A stretch of 64,000 nucleotides of DNA from Mycobacteriales bacterium (GCA_035690365.1 DASSKP010000034.1:9209-73208), one strand, 5' to 3'. Counted from the stretch's first letter, positions 14,957 to 24,129 are shown. Notes: generated by a model not told the origin, from the letters alone. Translations and numbers: made by a program.

Positions 14957-17278
14957 ATGACCGCCGTCGATCGGCGTACCGCCGGCGCGGACACCACGCA
15001 GAGCCTGCCGGCCGGGACGTCCCCGCAGGGGGATGTCCCGGTCCTCGTTTCCGGCACGCAGCTGCTCGGTGTCCAGCCCGGTTCGGGATACGTCACTCCT
15101 CCGCTGCTCGTCTGCCGTGCCGACGGGCAGGTCATGCACCTCACTCCGTTGCTGTACGCCGTCCTCGAAGCCGTCGACGGGGAGCGCGGTCTCGAGCAGA
15201 TCGCGCGCTTGGTCAGCGGCGTCAGTGACTACGAGCTGCACGCCGAGGACGTCGAGATGCTTGTCGAGGACAAGCTGCGTCCGCTGGGTCTTGTGCTCGG
15301 TCGCGACGGCACACATCCGCCGTTCAAGCGCACCAACCCGTTGCTGGCGCTGCGGGCGCGTTTCGTCGTCTCCAAGCCGGAGGTCACCCGCCGGATCACC
15401 GCGCCGTTCGCCGTGCTGTTCAATCCGGTCCTCGTCGTCGTCTCGACGATCGCCTTCGCTCTCGTCTCGTTCTGGGTGCTGTTCGAGAAGGGTCTCGCGT
15501 CGGCGGCGTACGACGCCTTTCGTCAGCCGGGCTTGTTGCTTGCGGTGTTCGCCATCACGGTGGTGTCGGCGGGTTTCCACGAGTTCGGGCATGCCGCCGC
15601 GTTGCGGCGCGGCGGCGGTACCCCTGGCGCGATGGGCGCCGGCCTCTACCTGATCTACCCGGCGTTCTACACCGACGTCACCGACAGCTACCGACTCGGT
15701 CGTGGCGCTCGCATCCGCACCGACCTCGGCGGGCTCTACTTCAACGCGTTGGCGGCTCTCGCGATGTTCGGCGTCTGGGCGCTGACGCGTTGGGACGGTC
15801 TGCTGCTCGTCATCGCGGCGCAGATCCTGCAGATGGTGCGGCAGCTGCCGCCGCTCGTTCGGTTCGACGGCTACCACTTGCTCGCCGACATCACCGGCGT
15901 GCCGGACTTGTTCCACCGGATCGGTCCGACCCTGCGCAGCTTCCTGCCGAAGCGTTGGCGACGACCGGAGTCACGCGAGCTCAAGCTGTGGGCTCGAATC
16001 ATCGTCACCCTCTGGACCTTGCTCGTCGTCCCGATCCTGATCCTGACGATGCTGCTGTCCGTCATCGCGTTGCCGCGCATCATCGGCACGACCATCCACT
16101 CGGTCGCGGTGCAGTGGCACCAGCTGATGCAGCAGCAGCACGCCGGTCATGCGGCCGGCGTCGGCGTCAAGATCCTCGCGATCGCCGCGCTCGTGGTGCC
16201 CGTCGGCGGCATCCTCTATCTGCTGGCGCGGATGGTGCGCAGCTACGCCGTCCGCACCTGGACCGCGACGCGAGGCAAGCCGGGAAAGCGCGCGCTCGCG
16301 GGAGTGCTGACGCTGGCCCTGCTCGGTGGCCTGGCCTACGCCTGGGCCCCACGGCCCGGTATCTACCGGCCGATCACGCCCAATGAGCACGGCACGATCC
16401 AGGACGTGCTCGGCTACTCACCACTGCACTCGCTCGTCGCCTCGCAGACCTCGCTTCGCGTCGGTGAGCAGAGCACCGCCCGAACGCTCTGGCCCGCAGG
16501 GTCGGCTCTCCCGACCAAGGGCAACCCCGCGGTCGCGCTGGTCATGACGCCCAAGCAGACCGGCAGCGGCCTGCCGACGTGGGTCTTCCCGTTCGACCGG
16601 CCGGCCCCGCCACGACCGGGTGACAACCAGGCGCTGTCGATCGTGACGACCGACGGGGGCACGGCCTACAACGTCGCCTTCGCGCTGGTGTGGGCCAACA
16701 GCGACAGCGTGGTGAACGCCAACGAGGCCTATGCGTTCGCGAGCTGCACGAAATGCGTTGCCGTCGCGATCGCGTTCCAGGTCGTGGTCGTCGTCGGTGA
16801 CGCTCATCTCGTCGCTCCGGCGAACATCTCCGAGGCGATCAACTACAACTGCATCTCCTGTGTGACCGCAGCGCTCGCCGTGCAGCTCGTGCTGCACGTG
16901 CCGGATCAGCTGAGCGACCAGGCGATGGCGCAGCTCACCAAGCTCTGGGCGCGCATCATGCGCTGGAGCAAGCACCTCAAGGGCCTGACCTTCGCCCAGA
17001 TCGAGAAGCAGATCAAGATCTTCGAAGCGCAGATCATCGCGATCGTCCAGCCGGACCTCGTGCTCGCCAACGCGTCCGCCTCGGCGTCGCCGAGTGCCGG
17101 CGTCTCTTCGACGCCGTCGCCGGGTGCGAGTGCTCTTCCCACGGACAGTCCGAGCGCGGGCACGACCAGCGACCCGAGTGCGTCGGCCTCACCGTCCCCG
17201 AGCGACACCGGTACGCCGTCCGGATCCGCGTCGCCGTCGTCCTCCGACACGTCGTCTCCGGCGCCGACGCCCAGCTGA
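14957..17278 (+). CDS. site-2-protease-like (peptidase M50) polytopic membrane protein with N-terminal PqqD/RRE-like region and C-terminal CxxC domain
   Basis: HEFGH (15578-15592) sits in a TM helix and FDGYHLL lies downstream (the second S2P metal-ligand motif). There are about 8 TM segments, two CxxC motifs (16745-16756 and 16850-16861), and a Ser/Pro-rich tail. Confidence 0.85.
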   Translation: MTAVDRRTAGADTTQSLPAGTSPQGDVPVLVSGTQLLGVQPGSGYVTPPLLVCRADGQVMHLTPLLYAVLEAVDGERGLEQIARLVSGVSDYELHAEDVEMLVEDKLRPLGLVLGRDGTHPPFKRTNPLLALRARFVVSKPEVTRRITAPFAVLFNPVLVVVSTIAFALVSFWVLFEKGLASAAYDAFRQPGLLLAVFAITVVSAGFHEFGHAAALRRGGGTPGAMGAGLYLIYPAFYTDVTDSYRLGRGARIRTDLGGLYFNALAALAMFGVWALTRWDGLLLVIAAQILQMVRQLPPLVRFDGYHLLADITGVPDLFHRIGPTLRSFLPKRWRRPESRELKLWARIIVTLWTLLVVPILILTMLLSVIALPRIIGTTIHSVAVQWHQLMQQQHAGHAAGVGVKILAIAALVVPVGGILYLLARMVRSYAVRTWTATRGKPGKRALAGVLTLALLGGLAYAWAPRPGIYRPITPNEHGTIQDVLGYSPLHSLVASQTSLRVGEQSTARTLWPAGSALPTKGNPAVALVMTPKQTGSGLPTWVFPFDRPAPPRPGDNQALSIVTTDGGTAYNVAFALVWANSDSVVNANEAYAFASCTKCVAVAIAFQVVVVVGDAHLVAPANISEAINYNCISCVTAALAVQLVLHVPDQLSDQAMAQLTKLWARIMRWSKHLKGLTFAQIEKQIKIFEAQIIAIVQPDLVLANASASASPSAGVSSTPSPGASALPTDSPSAGTTSDPSASASPSPSDTGTPSGSASPSSSDTSSPAPTPS

Positions 17279-17290
17279 CGCCGTCGGCCG

Positions 17291-17731
17291 TCAGGCGTCG
17301 ATGCGCTTCAGTGTGCGGCCGTCCGCGGGCTCACCGCAGGCGGCGCAGTGCACCCGCGGCACGAAGACCTCGCCGCAGTGGTGCTCGAGCACCGGCGGCA
17401 TCTGCCGGTGCATCACGTGGGTGTCGCCCCAGTGCTTGAGCGCCATCACCACTGGCCGCAGGTCGCGGCCGGCCTTGGTCAGGACGTACTCGTAGCGGGG
17501 TGGCCGGTCGGAGTAGGGCCGCCGTTCGACGATGCCGAGGTCCTCCAGCCGGCGCAGCCGCGCGGTGAGGATGTCGCGTGGCGCTCCGGTGTGGGCGGCG
17601 ATGTCGTTGAAGCGCTGCACGCCGAGGATCAGCTCGCGCACGACGAGCAGCGACCACTTCTCGCCGATGACGTCGAGAGCTCCGGCCACGGAGCAGAGCC
17701 GAGGCGAGACGGTAGCGGGCGAGGGCGTCAC
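17291..17731 (-). CDS. HxlR family transcriptional regulator
   Basis: GEKWSLLVVRELILGVQRFNDI and the winged-helix pattern are typical of HxlR/DUF24. It is divergent from the thioesterase-MFS operon. Confidence 0.85.
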   Translation of the reverse strand: MTPSPATVSPRLCSVAGALDVIGEKWSLLVVRELILGVQRFNDIAAHTGAPRDILTARLRRLEDLGIVERRPYSDRPPRYEYVLTKAGRDLRPVVMALKHWGDTHVMHRQMPPVLEHHCGEVFVPRVHCAACGEPADGRTLKRIDA

Positions 17732-17792
17732 CCGACCAGTCTCGCACAGTCAGTTGGCAAATCAAACCCTGTGGTCTATGGTCGGCGCCATG

Positions 17793-17809
17793 GGTTGGGA
17801 AAACCAACC
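17793..17809. promoter_or_regulatory. palindrome GGTTGG-N5-CCAACC, candidate HxlR operator
   Basis: Perfect 6-bp arms lie 25 nt upstream of ATG 17834. A related half-site, AGTCAGTTGG (17749-17758), is the 9/10 reverse complement of CCAACCGACT (17805-17814). Confidence 0.3.
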
Positions 17810-17833
17810 GACTCGGGTCGAGAGGACCTCGCC

Positions 17834-18355
17834 ATGACCGCACTGTCGACCGATCCCGTCGCTTCGGCCGTCCCCACCCTCGGCGTGGTCGAGCCGATCG
17901 CCGACCGGCTCGCGCGGCTGGCGCCGACCTACGACGGCATGGACTTCCTCCGCGCCATCCAAAACGGTGAGCTGCCGCCGCCGCCCGTCGCGAGCCTGCT
18001 CGGCTTCGACATCGTCGACGTCTCGCGAGGCGAGATCACGTTCGCGATGACGCCGGCGGAGAAGCACTACAACCCGATCGGCAGCGTGCACGGCGGCGTC
18101 ATCGCCACCCTTCTCGACACGGTGATGGGGTGTGCGCTGCACACTCTGCTGCCCCGGGGGGCGTGGTACACGACGCTCGACATCAACGTCCGCTACCACT
18201 GTGGCATCACGCTGCGCACCGGACCGGTCACTGCGGTCGGCTCCGTCCTCCACTGCGGACGCCGTACGGCGACCGCGGAGGGCAAGGTCGTCGAGCAGAG
18301 CACCGGGCGGTTGATGGCGACCTCGACCTCGACGCTGCTGGTCGTCCGCCAGTGA
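17834..18355 (+). CDS. PaaI family (hotdog-fold) thioesterase
   Basis: GAGAGGA RBS. NPIGSVHGGVIATLLDTVMG is the characteristic PaaI motif. The track extension from 17348 was rejected. Confidence 0.8.
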   Translation: MTALSTDPVASAVPTLGVVEPIADRLARLAPTYDGMDFLRAIQNGELPPPPVASLLGFDIVDVSRGEITFAMTPAEKHYNPIGSVHGGVIATLLDTVMGCALHTLLPRGAWYTTLDINVRYHCGITLRTGPVTAVGSVLHCGRRTATAEGKVVEQSTGRLMATSTSTLLVVRQ

Positions 18356-19761
18356 CGGCCACCGCACTGCCGGTGGTGCTGCGGTCGTCGGCACGGCCCG
18401 GAAGCCATCGGCTCGTGCTGGGCGTCCTTTCGCTGGCGGCGTTCATGGCCAGCCTCGACCTGTTCATCGTCAACGTCGCGTTTCCCCAGATCGCGGCCGA
18501 GTTCGGCGGCGCCTCGCTCGGCGACGTCAGCTGGGTGCTCAACGGCTACACCGTCCTCTACGCGGCGCTGCTGGTGCCTCTGGGTCGGCTCGCCGACCGC
18601 TACGGCCGGCTGGCCGGCTTCCTCACCGGCATGCTCGTCTTCACCGCCGCGAGCGCGGCGTGTGCGGCGAGCCAGAGCCTCTGGCAGCTGGTCGCGTTCC
18701 GGGGCATGCAAGCGGTGGGCGCTGCCGCGCTCACCCCGACCTCGCTGGGACTGCTGCTTGCCGCCACCGAGCCGCAGCGACGAGTCCGCGCCGTCCGCAC
18801 CTGGGCGGCTCTCGGCACTCTCGCTGCCGCTGCCGGACCGGTGATCGGTGGTCTTCTCGTGGAGGCATCGTGGCGGTGGGTCTTCCTCGTCAACGTGCCG
18901 GTGGGCCTGCTCGGGCTGCTCGCGGCGCGCCGATGGGTGCCGGACTCTCGCGACCCGGCGGTGGAACGCGTCCCCGACCTTGCCGGTGCCGCGCTCGTCG
19001 CGGCCGGCATCGGCGCCGTGGCCCTGGGCCTGGTCAAAGGGCCCGATTGGGGGTGGACCTCAGCCGCTGTCGCCTTGGCGTTCGTTACGGGCGGCGTCGC
19101 CCTCGCCGGCTTCTGGGCGCGGTCCGCGACCCACGCTCGCCCGATCGTCGAGCTCAGCCTGTTGCGCGTGCGCGCCTTCGCGTGGTCCAACGTGACCGCC
19201 GTCATGTTCTCGACGTCGTTCGGCGCGGGCCTGCTCGCCGCCGTGCTGTGGCTTCAGACGGTCTGGCACTGGTCGGCGTTGCAGACCGGTCTCGCGCTGG
19301 CTCCTGGGCCGCTGATGGTGCCCGTGTTCACCGCGGTCGCGCAGCGACTGTCGCGGCATGTTCCGGTCGGTGTGCTCACGGCGGTCGGCTGCGCGTTGTT
19401 CAGCGCAGGCATTCTGCTCGTCGCCCTGAGCGTCGGAGAGTCGCCGTCGTACGCCCATGACTTCCTGCCGGGCTGGCTGATCGGTGGCGTCGGTGTCGGG
19501 CTCGCGCTACCCACCATCATCTCCGCGGCGACAGCAGACCTGCCGCCCGCCCGGGCCGCGACCGGTTCGGCGATCGTGACGATGGCTCGGCAGATCGGCC
19601 TTGTCCTCGGCGTCTCGGTGCTCATCGCGATCCTCGGTACGCCGTCCGGATACGCCGGCGTGCACGTGGCGTTCCGGGATGCGTGGTGGGTGACGGCGGC
19701 CGTCGGCTTTGTCGCCGGGGTGGCGGCCGTAGGGATGACGCCGCGACGGCAGTCGATCTAG
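18352..19761 (+). CDS. MFS transporter, DHA2 (EmrB/QacA-like, 14-TM) family
   Basis: GTG 18352 overlaps the upstream stop (GTGA). AAFMASLDLFIVNVAFPQI and LGRLADRYGR motifs, with many TM segments. Confidence 0.85.
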   Translation: MTATALPVVLRSSARPGSHRLVLGVLSLAAFMASLDLFIVNVAFPQIAAEFGGASLGDVSWVLNGYTVLYAALLVPLGRLADRYGRLAGFLTGMLVFTAASAACAASQSLWQLVAFRGMQAVGAAALTPTSLGLLLAATEPQRRVRAVRTWAALGTLAAAAGPVIGGLLVEASWRWVFLVNVPVGLLGLLAARRWVPDSRDPAVERVPDLAGAALVAAGIGAVALGLVKGPDWGWTSAAVALAFVTGGVALAGFWARSATHARPIVELSLLRVRAFAWSNVTAVMFSTSFGAGLLAAVLWLQTVWHWSALQTGLALAPGPLMVPVFTAVAQRLSRHVPVGVLTAVGCALFSAGILLVALSVGESPSYAHDFLPGWLIGGVGVGLALPTIISAATADLPPARAATGSAIVTMARQIGLVLGVSVLIAILGTPSGYAGVHVAFRDAWWVTAAVGFVAGVAAVGMTPRRQSI

Positions 19762-19779
19762 CTGGCTACGCGCCGTTCG

Positions 19780-20649
19780 CTAGTCGGCGCTCTTGAACGA
19801 CCAGATGCCGACGCCGAGCATCGCGATTCCCATCGCCGCGACGATGAGCAGCTCGAGAGCGGTCGACACGCGATAGCTGCCCCACGTCACGCCGGGATTG
19901 AGCCGGGCCATCATCGCCGGCGACGCGTGCAGGTGCGCGAAGATCGTGCGGCGCACCGGGTCGACGGCGTAGGTCAGCGGGTCGATGCGGGTCAGCACCT
20001 GAAGCCACCCCGGCAGGTTCCCGAGCGGAAACAGCGCTCCGGACAGGAAGAACAGCGGCATCAGCAGCATCTGGTTGAGTGCCATGAACGCCTGGAACTG
20101 CGTGATCCGCGCCGCGGTCATCACCCCGAAGGCCGTGAGTGTGAACGCCAGCAGCAGCAGCTCACCGAAGACCGTCACCATCATCGACAGCGAGTAGGGC
20201 ACGCCGACCACGCCCGCGAGCGCAAGGATGATGACGCCCTGCAGTGAGGCGGTGGTCGCGCCGCCCAGGCACTTCCCGAGCACGATCGACCAGCGGCTGA
20301 CCGGCGCGACGAGCATCTCCCGCAGGAAGCCGAACTCCCGGTCCCACACGATCGAGGCCGCCGAGAACATCGCGGTGAACAGGACGGCCATCGCCAGAGC
20401 GCCGGGATACATGAACGTGCGCAGGTTGACGTTGTGCGTGCTGCCGGTCGTGATCGTGGACAGGCCGGTGCCGAGGACGAAGAGAAACAGCACGGGCTGG
20501 ATCAGCGACGTGATGATGCGCAACCGGTCACGGGTGAACCGAATCATCTCCCGCTGCCAGACAACACGCACCGCGCGCAGGTCATGGCGGAAGCTGCCGG
20601 TCGGCCGCTTCACCCTGATCGCTTCCACCACATCGACTGTCGCGGTCAC
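19780..20649 (-). CDS. ABC-2 type transporter permease
   Basis: Six hydrophobic segments. It overlaps the upstream ATPase gene by 4 nt. The pairing resembles DrrB. Confidence 0.8.
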   Translation of the reverse strand: MTATVDVVEAIRVKRPTGSFRHDLRAVRVVWQREMIRFTRDRLRIITSLIQPVLFLFVLGTGLSTITTGSTHNVNLRTFMYPGALAMAVLFTAMFSAASIVWDREFGFLREMLVAPVSRWSIVLGKCLGGATTASLQGVIILALAGVVGVPYSLSMMVTVFGELLLLAFTLTAFGVMTAARITQFQAFMALNQMLLMPLFFLSGALFPLGNLPGWLQVLTRIDPLTYAVDPVRRTIFAHLHASPAMMARLNPGVTWGSYRVSTALELLIVAAMGIAMLGVGIWSFKSAD

Positions 20650-21623
20650 AACCGCCTCCTTGCTCCGAACATGCGCATGAGCTCCCGGTTGCCGACCGTC
20701 TCCGCGTCGCGGATCGTCGTGCCGGTGTGCGCCATGAAGACGTCGTCGAGCGACGGACGCGACACGCTCACCGACTTGATGGCCACTCCGAGCTCGGCGA
20801 ACAGCCGCGGGACGAACTGCTCCCCGGACGGGACGGAGAACGTCAGCTGACCCTCGGCGAAGCGCCCGGTGATGCCGAACTGCTCCTGCAACGCGGCGAT
20901 CGCCGCGTCGTCGTCGACCGTCGTGATCTGCACCCGGTCCTCGCCCACGCCGGCCTTGAGCGCCTCAGGCGTGTCCAGCACGACGATGCGGCCGTGGTCC
21001 ATGATCGCGATCCGGTCGCAGTACTCCGCCTCGTCCATGTAGTGCGTCGTCAGGAAGATCGTGATGTCCTCGCGCTTGCGCAGGTCGTTGATGTAGCTCC
21101 AGATCGACGACCGCGTCTGCGGGTCGAGACCAACCGTCGGCTCATCGAGGAACAGCACCCGCGGCGCATGCAGCATGCCGCGCGCGATCTCGAGCCGTCG
21201 CCGCATCCCGCCGCTGTACGTCGACACGAGTGCCGACCTGCGGTCGGCGAGCCCGACCATCTCGAGGACCTGCGTCATCCGGTCCTTGAGCTCTGCGCGC
21301 GGGACGCCGTAGAGCTCTGCGTGCATGCGGAGGTTCTGGTCGGCAGTGAGGTACTGGTCGAGCGTCGGGTCCTGGAAGACCAGCCCGATGTTGCGCCGGA
21401 CGGCACCCTGCTCCTGCCGCACGTCGTAGCCCGCGACGGTCGCCGTCCCGTCGCTCGGCTCGGCCAGCGTGCACAGCATCTTGATCGTCGTGGACTTGCC
21501 GGCGCCGTTGGGTCCGAGGAAGCCGAAGATCTCGCCCGCCGCAACGTCGAAGCTCACGTGGTCGACGGCGGTGAGGTCGCCGTAGCGCTTGGTCAGATCG
21601 CGTACGGCGACAGCGGCGTTCAT
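20646..21623 (-). CDS. ABC transporter ATP-binding protein (DrrA-like)
   Basis: Walker A GPNGAGKST, signature YSGGMRRRL and Walker B VLFLDEPT. The start is ATG 21623, or alternatively TTG 21653. Confidence 0.9.
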   Translation of the reverse strand: MNAAVAVRDLTKRYGDLTAVDHVSFDVAAGEIFGFLGPNGAGKSTTIKMLCTLAEPSDGTATVAGYDVRQEQGAVRRNIGLVFQDPTLDQYLTADQNLRMHAELYGVPRAELKDRMTQVLEMVGLADRRSALVSTYSGGMRRRLEIARGMLHAPRVLFLDEPTVGLDPQTRSSIWSYINDLRKREDITIFLTTHYMDEAEYCDRIAIMDHGRIVVLDTPEALKAGVGEDRVQITTVDDDAAIAALQEQFGITGRFAEGQLTFSVPSGEQFVPRLFAELGVAIKSVSVSRPSLDDVFMAHTGTTIRDAETVGNRELMRMFGARRRL

Positions 21624-21670
21624 GTCCTGCACGCTAGCCGTCGCCGGTGACAACGGCTTACGTTGAGCCG

Positions 21671-22756
21671 ATGACGCAGACCTTCCGCGGCGTTGTCGCG
21701 CCGGGCAAAGGCAAGCCGGTCGAGCTCGTCGACGTCCGCGTTCCCGATCCCGGACCAGGCGAGGCCCGGGTCGTCGTACAGGCCTGCGGCGTCTGCCACA
21801 CCGACCTCCACTACCGCGAAGGTGGAATCAACGACGACTTCCCGTTCCTGCTCGGGCACGAGGCGGCAGGTGTCGTGGACGCCGTCGGCGACGACGTGAC
21901 CGGCGTCGCGCCGGGCGACTTCGTCATCCTCAACTGGCGTGCGGTGTGCGGCGACTGTCGCGCCTGCCGGCGCGGTCAGCCGTGGTACTGCTTCAGCACC
22001 CACAACGCGCCGCAGAAGATGACGCTCGCTGACGGCACGCCGCTGTCGCCAGCGCTCGGCATCGGTGCTTTCGTGGAGCAGGCGCTCGTCGCCGCCGGCC
22101 AATGCACGAAGGTCGATCCCGCGGTCGCTCCGCAGGTTGCCGGCCTGCTCGGTTGCGGTGTGATGGCCGGTCTCGGTGCGGCGATGAACACGGCCGCGGT
22201 CCAGCGCGGAGAGACCGTCGCGGTCATCGGCTGCGGTGGCGTCGGCAACGCCGCGATCCTCGGCTCGTCGTTCGCCGGTGCGAGGACGGTCGTCGCCATC
22301 GATGTCGACGACCGCAAGCTGGAGTGGGCGAAAGACTTCGGCGCGACGCACACCGTCAACGCGAAGACGAGTGACGTCGTCGCGTCGATCCGGGAGTTCA
22401 CCGACGGGTTCGGCGCCGATGTCGTGATCGACGCAGTCGGCCGGCCGGAGACGTTCCAGCAGGCGTTCTACGGGCGTGACCTCGCCGGCCGCGCCGTACT
22501 TGTCGGGGTGCCGACGCCGGACATGCGACTGGAGCTGCCACTCATCGACCTGTTCGGTCGCGGTGGCTCGGTGAAGTCGTCGTGGTACGGCGACTGCCTG
22601 CCGAGCCGCGACTTCCCGCTGCTCGTCGACCTGCATCTGCAAGGAAGGCTGCCGCTGGACAAGTTCGTCTCAGAGACGATCGGCCTCGGCGACGTCGAGG
22701 CGGCGTTCGACAAGATGCACCGCGGCGAGGTGCTTCGCTCCGTGGTCGTCTTCTAG
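21671..22756 (+). CDS. zinc-dependent alcohol dehydrogenase, S-(hydroxymethyl)mycothiol dehydrogenase-like
   Basis: [18 protein letters not shown] and the Rossmann motif VIGCGGVG. It resembles class III / mycothiol-dependent formaldehyde dehydrogenases. Confidence 0.85.
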   Translation: MTQTFRGVVAPGKGKPVELVDVRVPDPGPGEARVVVQACGVCHTDLHYREGGINDDFPFLLGHEAAGVVDAVGDDVTGVAPGDFVILNWRAVCGDCRACRRGQPWYCFSTHNAPQKMTLADGTPLSPALGIGAFVEQALVAAGQCTKVDPAVAPQVAGLLGCGVMAGLGAAMNTAAVQRGETVAVIGCGGVGNAAILGSSFAGARTVVAIDVDDRKLEWAKDFGATHTVNAKTSDVVASIREFTDGFGADVVIDAVGRPETFQQAFYGRDLAGRAVLVGVPTPDMRLELPLIDLFGRGGSVKSSWYGDCLPSRDFPLLVDLHLQGRLPLDKFVSETIGLGDVEAAFDKMHRGEVLRSVVVF

Positions 22757-22839
22757 CCGAGCGTCACTGAGCGATTCGGGCTATGTCCGCGACCGCGGCC
22801 GGCGCGTAGCGTCCCGGCCAGCCGGTTGAGGAGGCAGCC

Positions 22840-23430
22840 ATGTTCGTGCAGGTCATCCAGGGCAAGGTCAAAGACGCCGACCTGCTGGCCCGGCAGTCGG
22901 AGCGCTGGACCAGGGAGATCAAGCCCGGCGTGAAGGGATATCTGGGTTCCACGACCGGAGTGACGCCCGATGGACGGGCTATCACGATTGCCCGTTTCGA
23001 CTCGCCGGAGGCGGCGGCCGCCAACAGCAAGAGCGAGCAGCAGACCGCATGGTGGAACGAAACCGCCAAGGCGTACGACGGCGACCCGACCTTCCGAGAG
23101 AGCACGGAGACGGACACCGTCTTCGGTGGTGGCTCCAACGAGGCCGGGTTCGTCCAGGTGATCCAGGGCAAGGCGAAGGACCAGGCCGCCCTTCGCAGTC
23201 AGCTGCACTCCATGGAGGAGGAGCTGAAGTCCTCTCGCCCCGACATCCTCGGGATGGGCATCGTCTGGCACGACGGCGGCGCGTTCACCCAGGCCGTCTA
23301 CTTCCGTTCCGAAGACGAGGCCCGCAAAGCGGAGACGGCGACGGAGGAGACCGACCTTCGCCGTGACTACATGGACATGTTCGCCGAGCCGCCCACCTTC
23401 TACGACCTGCGGTCGCCACTGCTCGACTGA
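22840..23430 (+). CDS. tandem ferredoxin-fold (ABM/Dabb-like) domain protein, unknown function
   Basis: GAGGAGG RBS. (M)FVQVIQGK(V/A)KD occurs at residue 1 and again at about residue 104, indicating two similar halves. Confidence 0.7.
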   Translation: MFVQVIQGKVKDADLLARQSERWTREIKPGVKGYLGSTTGVTPDGRAITIARFDSPEAAAANSKSEQQTAWWNETAKAYDGDPTFRESTETDTVFGGGSNEAGFVQVIQGKAKDQAALRSQLHSMEEELKSSRPDILGMGIVWHDGGAFTQAVYFRSEDEARKAETATEETDLRRDYMDMFAEPPTFYDLRSPLLD

Positions 23431-23444
23431 GGGATACTCCCGAC

Positions 23445-23810
23445 GTGCCGCGTTACGAGATCCGGGCGACTGCTGACATCGAGTCCGGAGTGACGTTCGA
23501 TGTCGCCGACCTGCGCTCCCGCACCGGCGGTGACATCGAGGTCAACGGTCACGTGCTGACCCTGGTCGCGACCTGTGAATGCTCGGACCCGGCGTCGCTC
23601 GCGTACGAGCTCGTGCAACCGCTGCGCGAGGTCAGTCGGTGCGGCATCTGGACTGCTCGCCGCAAAGGAGTGCCGATCCGCATTCGGCGGGTCTCCGGAG
23701 GCTGGACGACGGCGTCTCCCGGCGATGACGGCCTGGGCGGCGTGCGCGAACCGCGCCGGCCGATGCCGCCCAACGGCCATTTGACGGCGGAGGCCGACCC
23801 GACGGGCTGA
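23445..23810 (+). CDS. hypothetical protein
   Basis: GTG 23445 lies 14 nt after the upstream stop. GC3 is about 78%. I recognised no motif. Confidence 0.45.
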   Translation: MPRYEIRATADIESGVTFDVADLRSRTGGDIEVNGHVLTLVATCECSDPASLAYELVQPLREVSRCGIWTARRKGVPIRIRRVSGGWTTASPGDDGLGGVREPRRPMPPNGHLTAEADPTG

Positions 23811-23894
23811 CACCGAGGGCGCTACGTCCGCTGAAGCAGCCGGTCGTTCGCGAGTGTGGCCATGGCGAGCCCGATGGTGCTCGGCTCGGCTCGG

Positions 23895-24062
23895 TCAGGA
23901 CGAGCTGATGGCTGACGCCAGCCGGCGGAGGGGGAGGTGGCGACGGTGCGCCTCACGCGGCGGCTTCGGGCCCGCGACCGGGCGGGGGTCGCGCGCCGTC
24001 CGGCGACGGAGGTCGTCCTGGTTCTGACGCTGCCGGTCGATGGCCAGCGGGTCGTACATCAT
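23895..24062 (-). CDS. small hypothetical protein (55 aa), not in the ORF track
   Basis: AGGAGG lies 7 nt before ATG 24062. Translation: MMYDPLAIDRQRQNQDDLRRRTARDPRPVAGPKPPREAHRRHLPLRRLASAISSS. GC3 is about 90%. It is divergent from marR. Confidence 0.4.
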   Translation of the reverse strand: MMYDPLAIDRQRQNQDDLRRRTARDPRPVAGPKPPREAHRRHLPLRRLASAISSS

Positions 24063-24086
24063 GGTGCCCCTCCTTCGAGGTAAAAC

Positions 24087-24129
24087 CTCTCGACGTCAAA
24101 ACAATATACTTCGATTCTCTCGACGTCAA
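24087..24129. promoter_or_regulatory. two 13-bp direct repeats (CTCTCGACGTCAA) flanking an AT-rich spacer; candidate MarR operators and divergent promoters
   Basis: Exact copies at 24087-24099 and 24117-24129, 30 bp apart. Each holds the near-palindrome TCGACGTCAA. The minus strand reads TTGACG-N17-TATTGT, and the plus strand has TATACT at 24105-24110. Confidence 0.5.
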
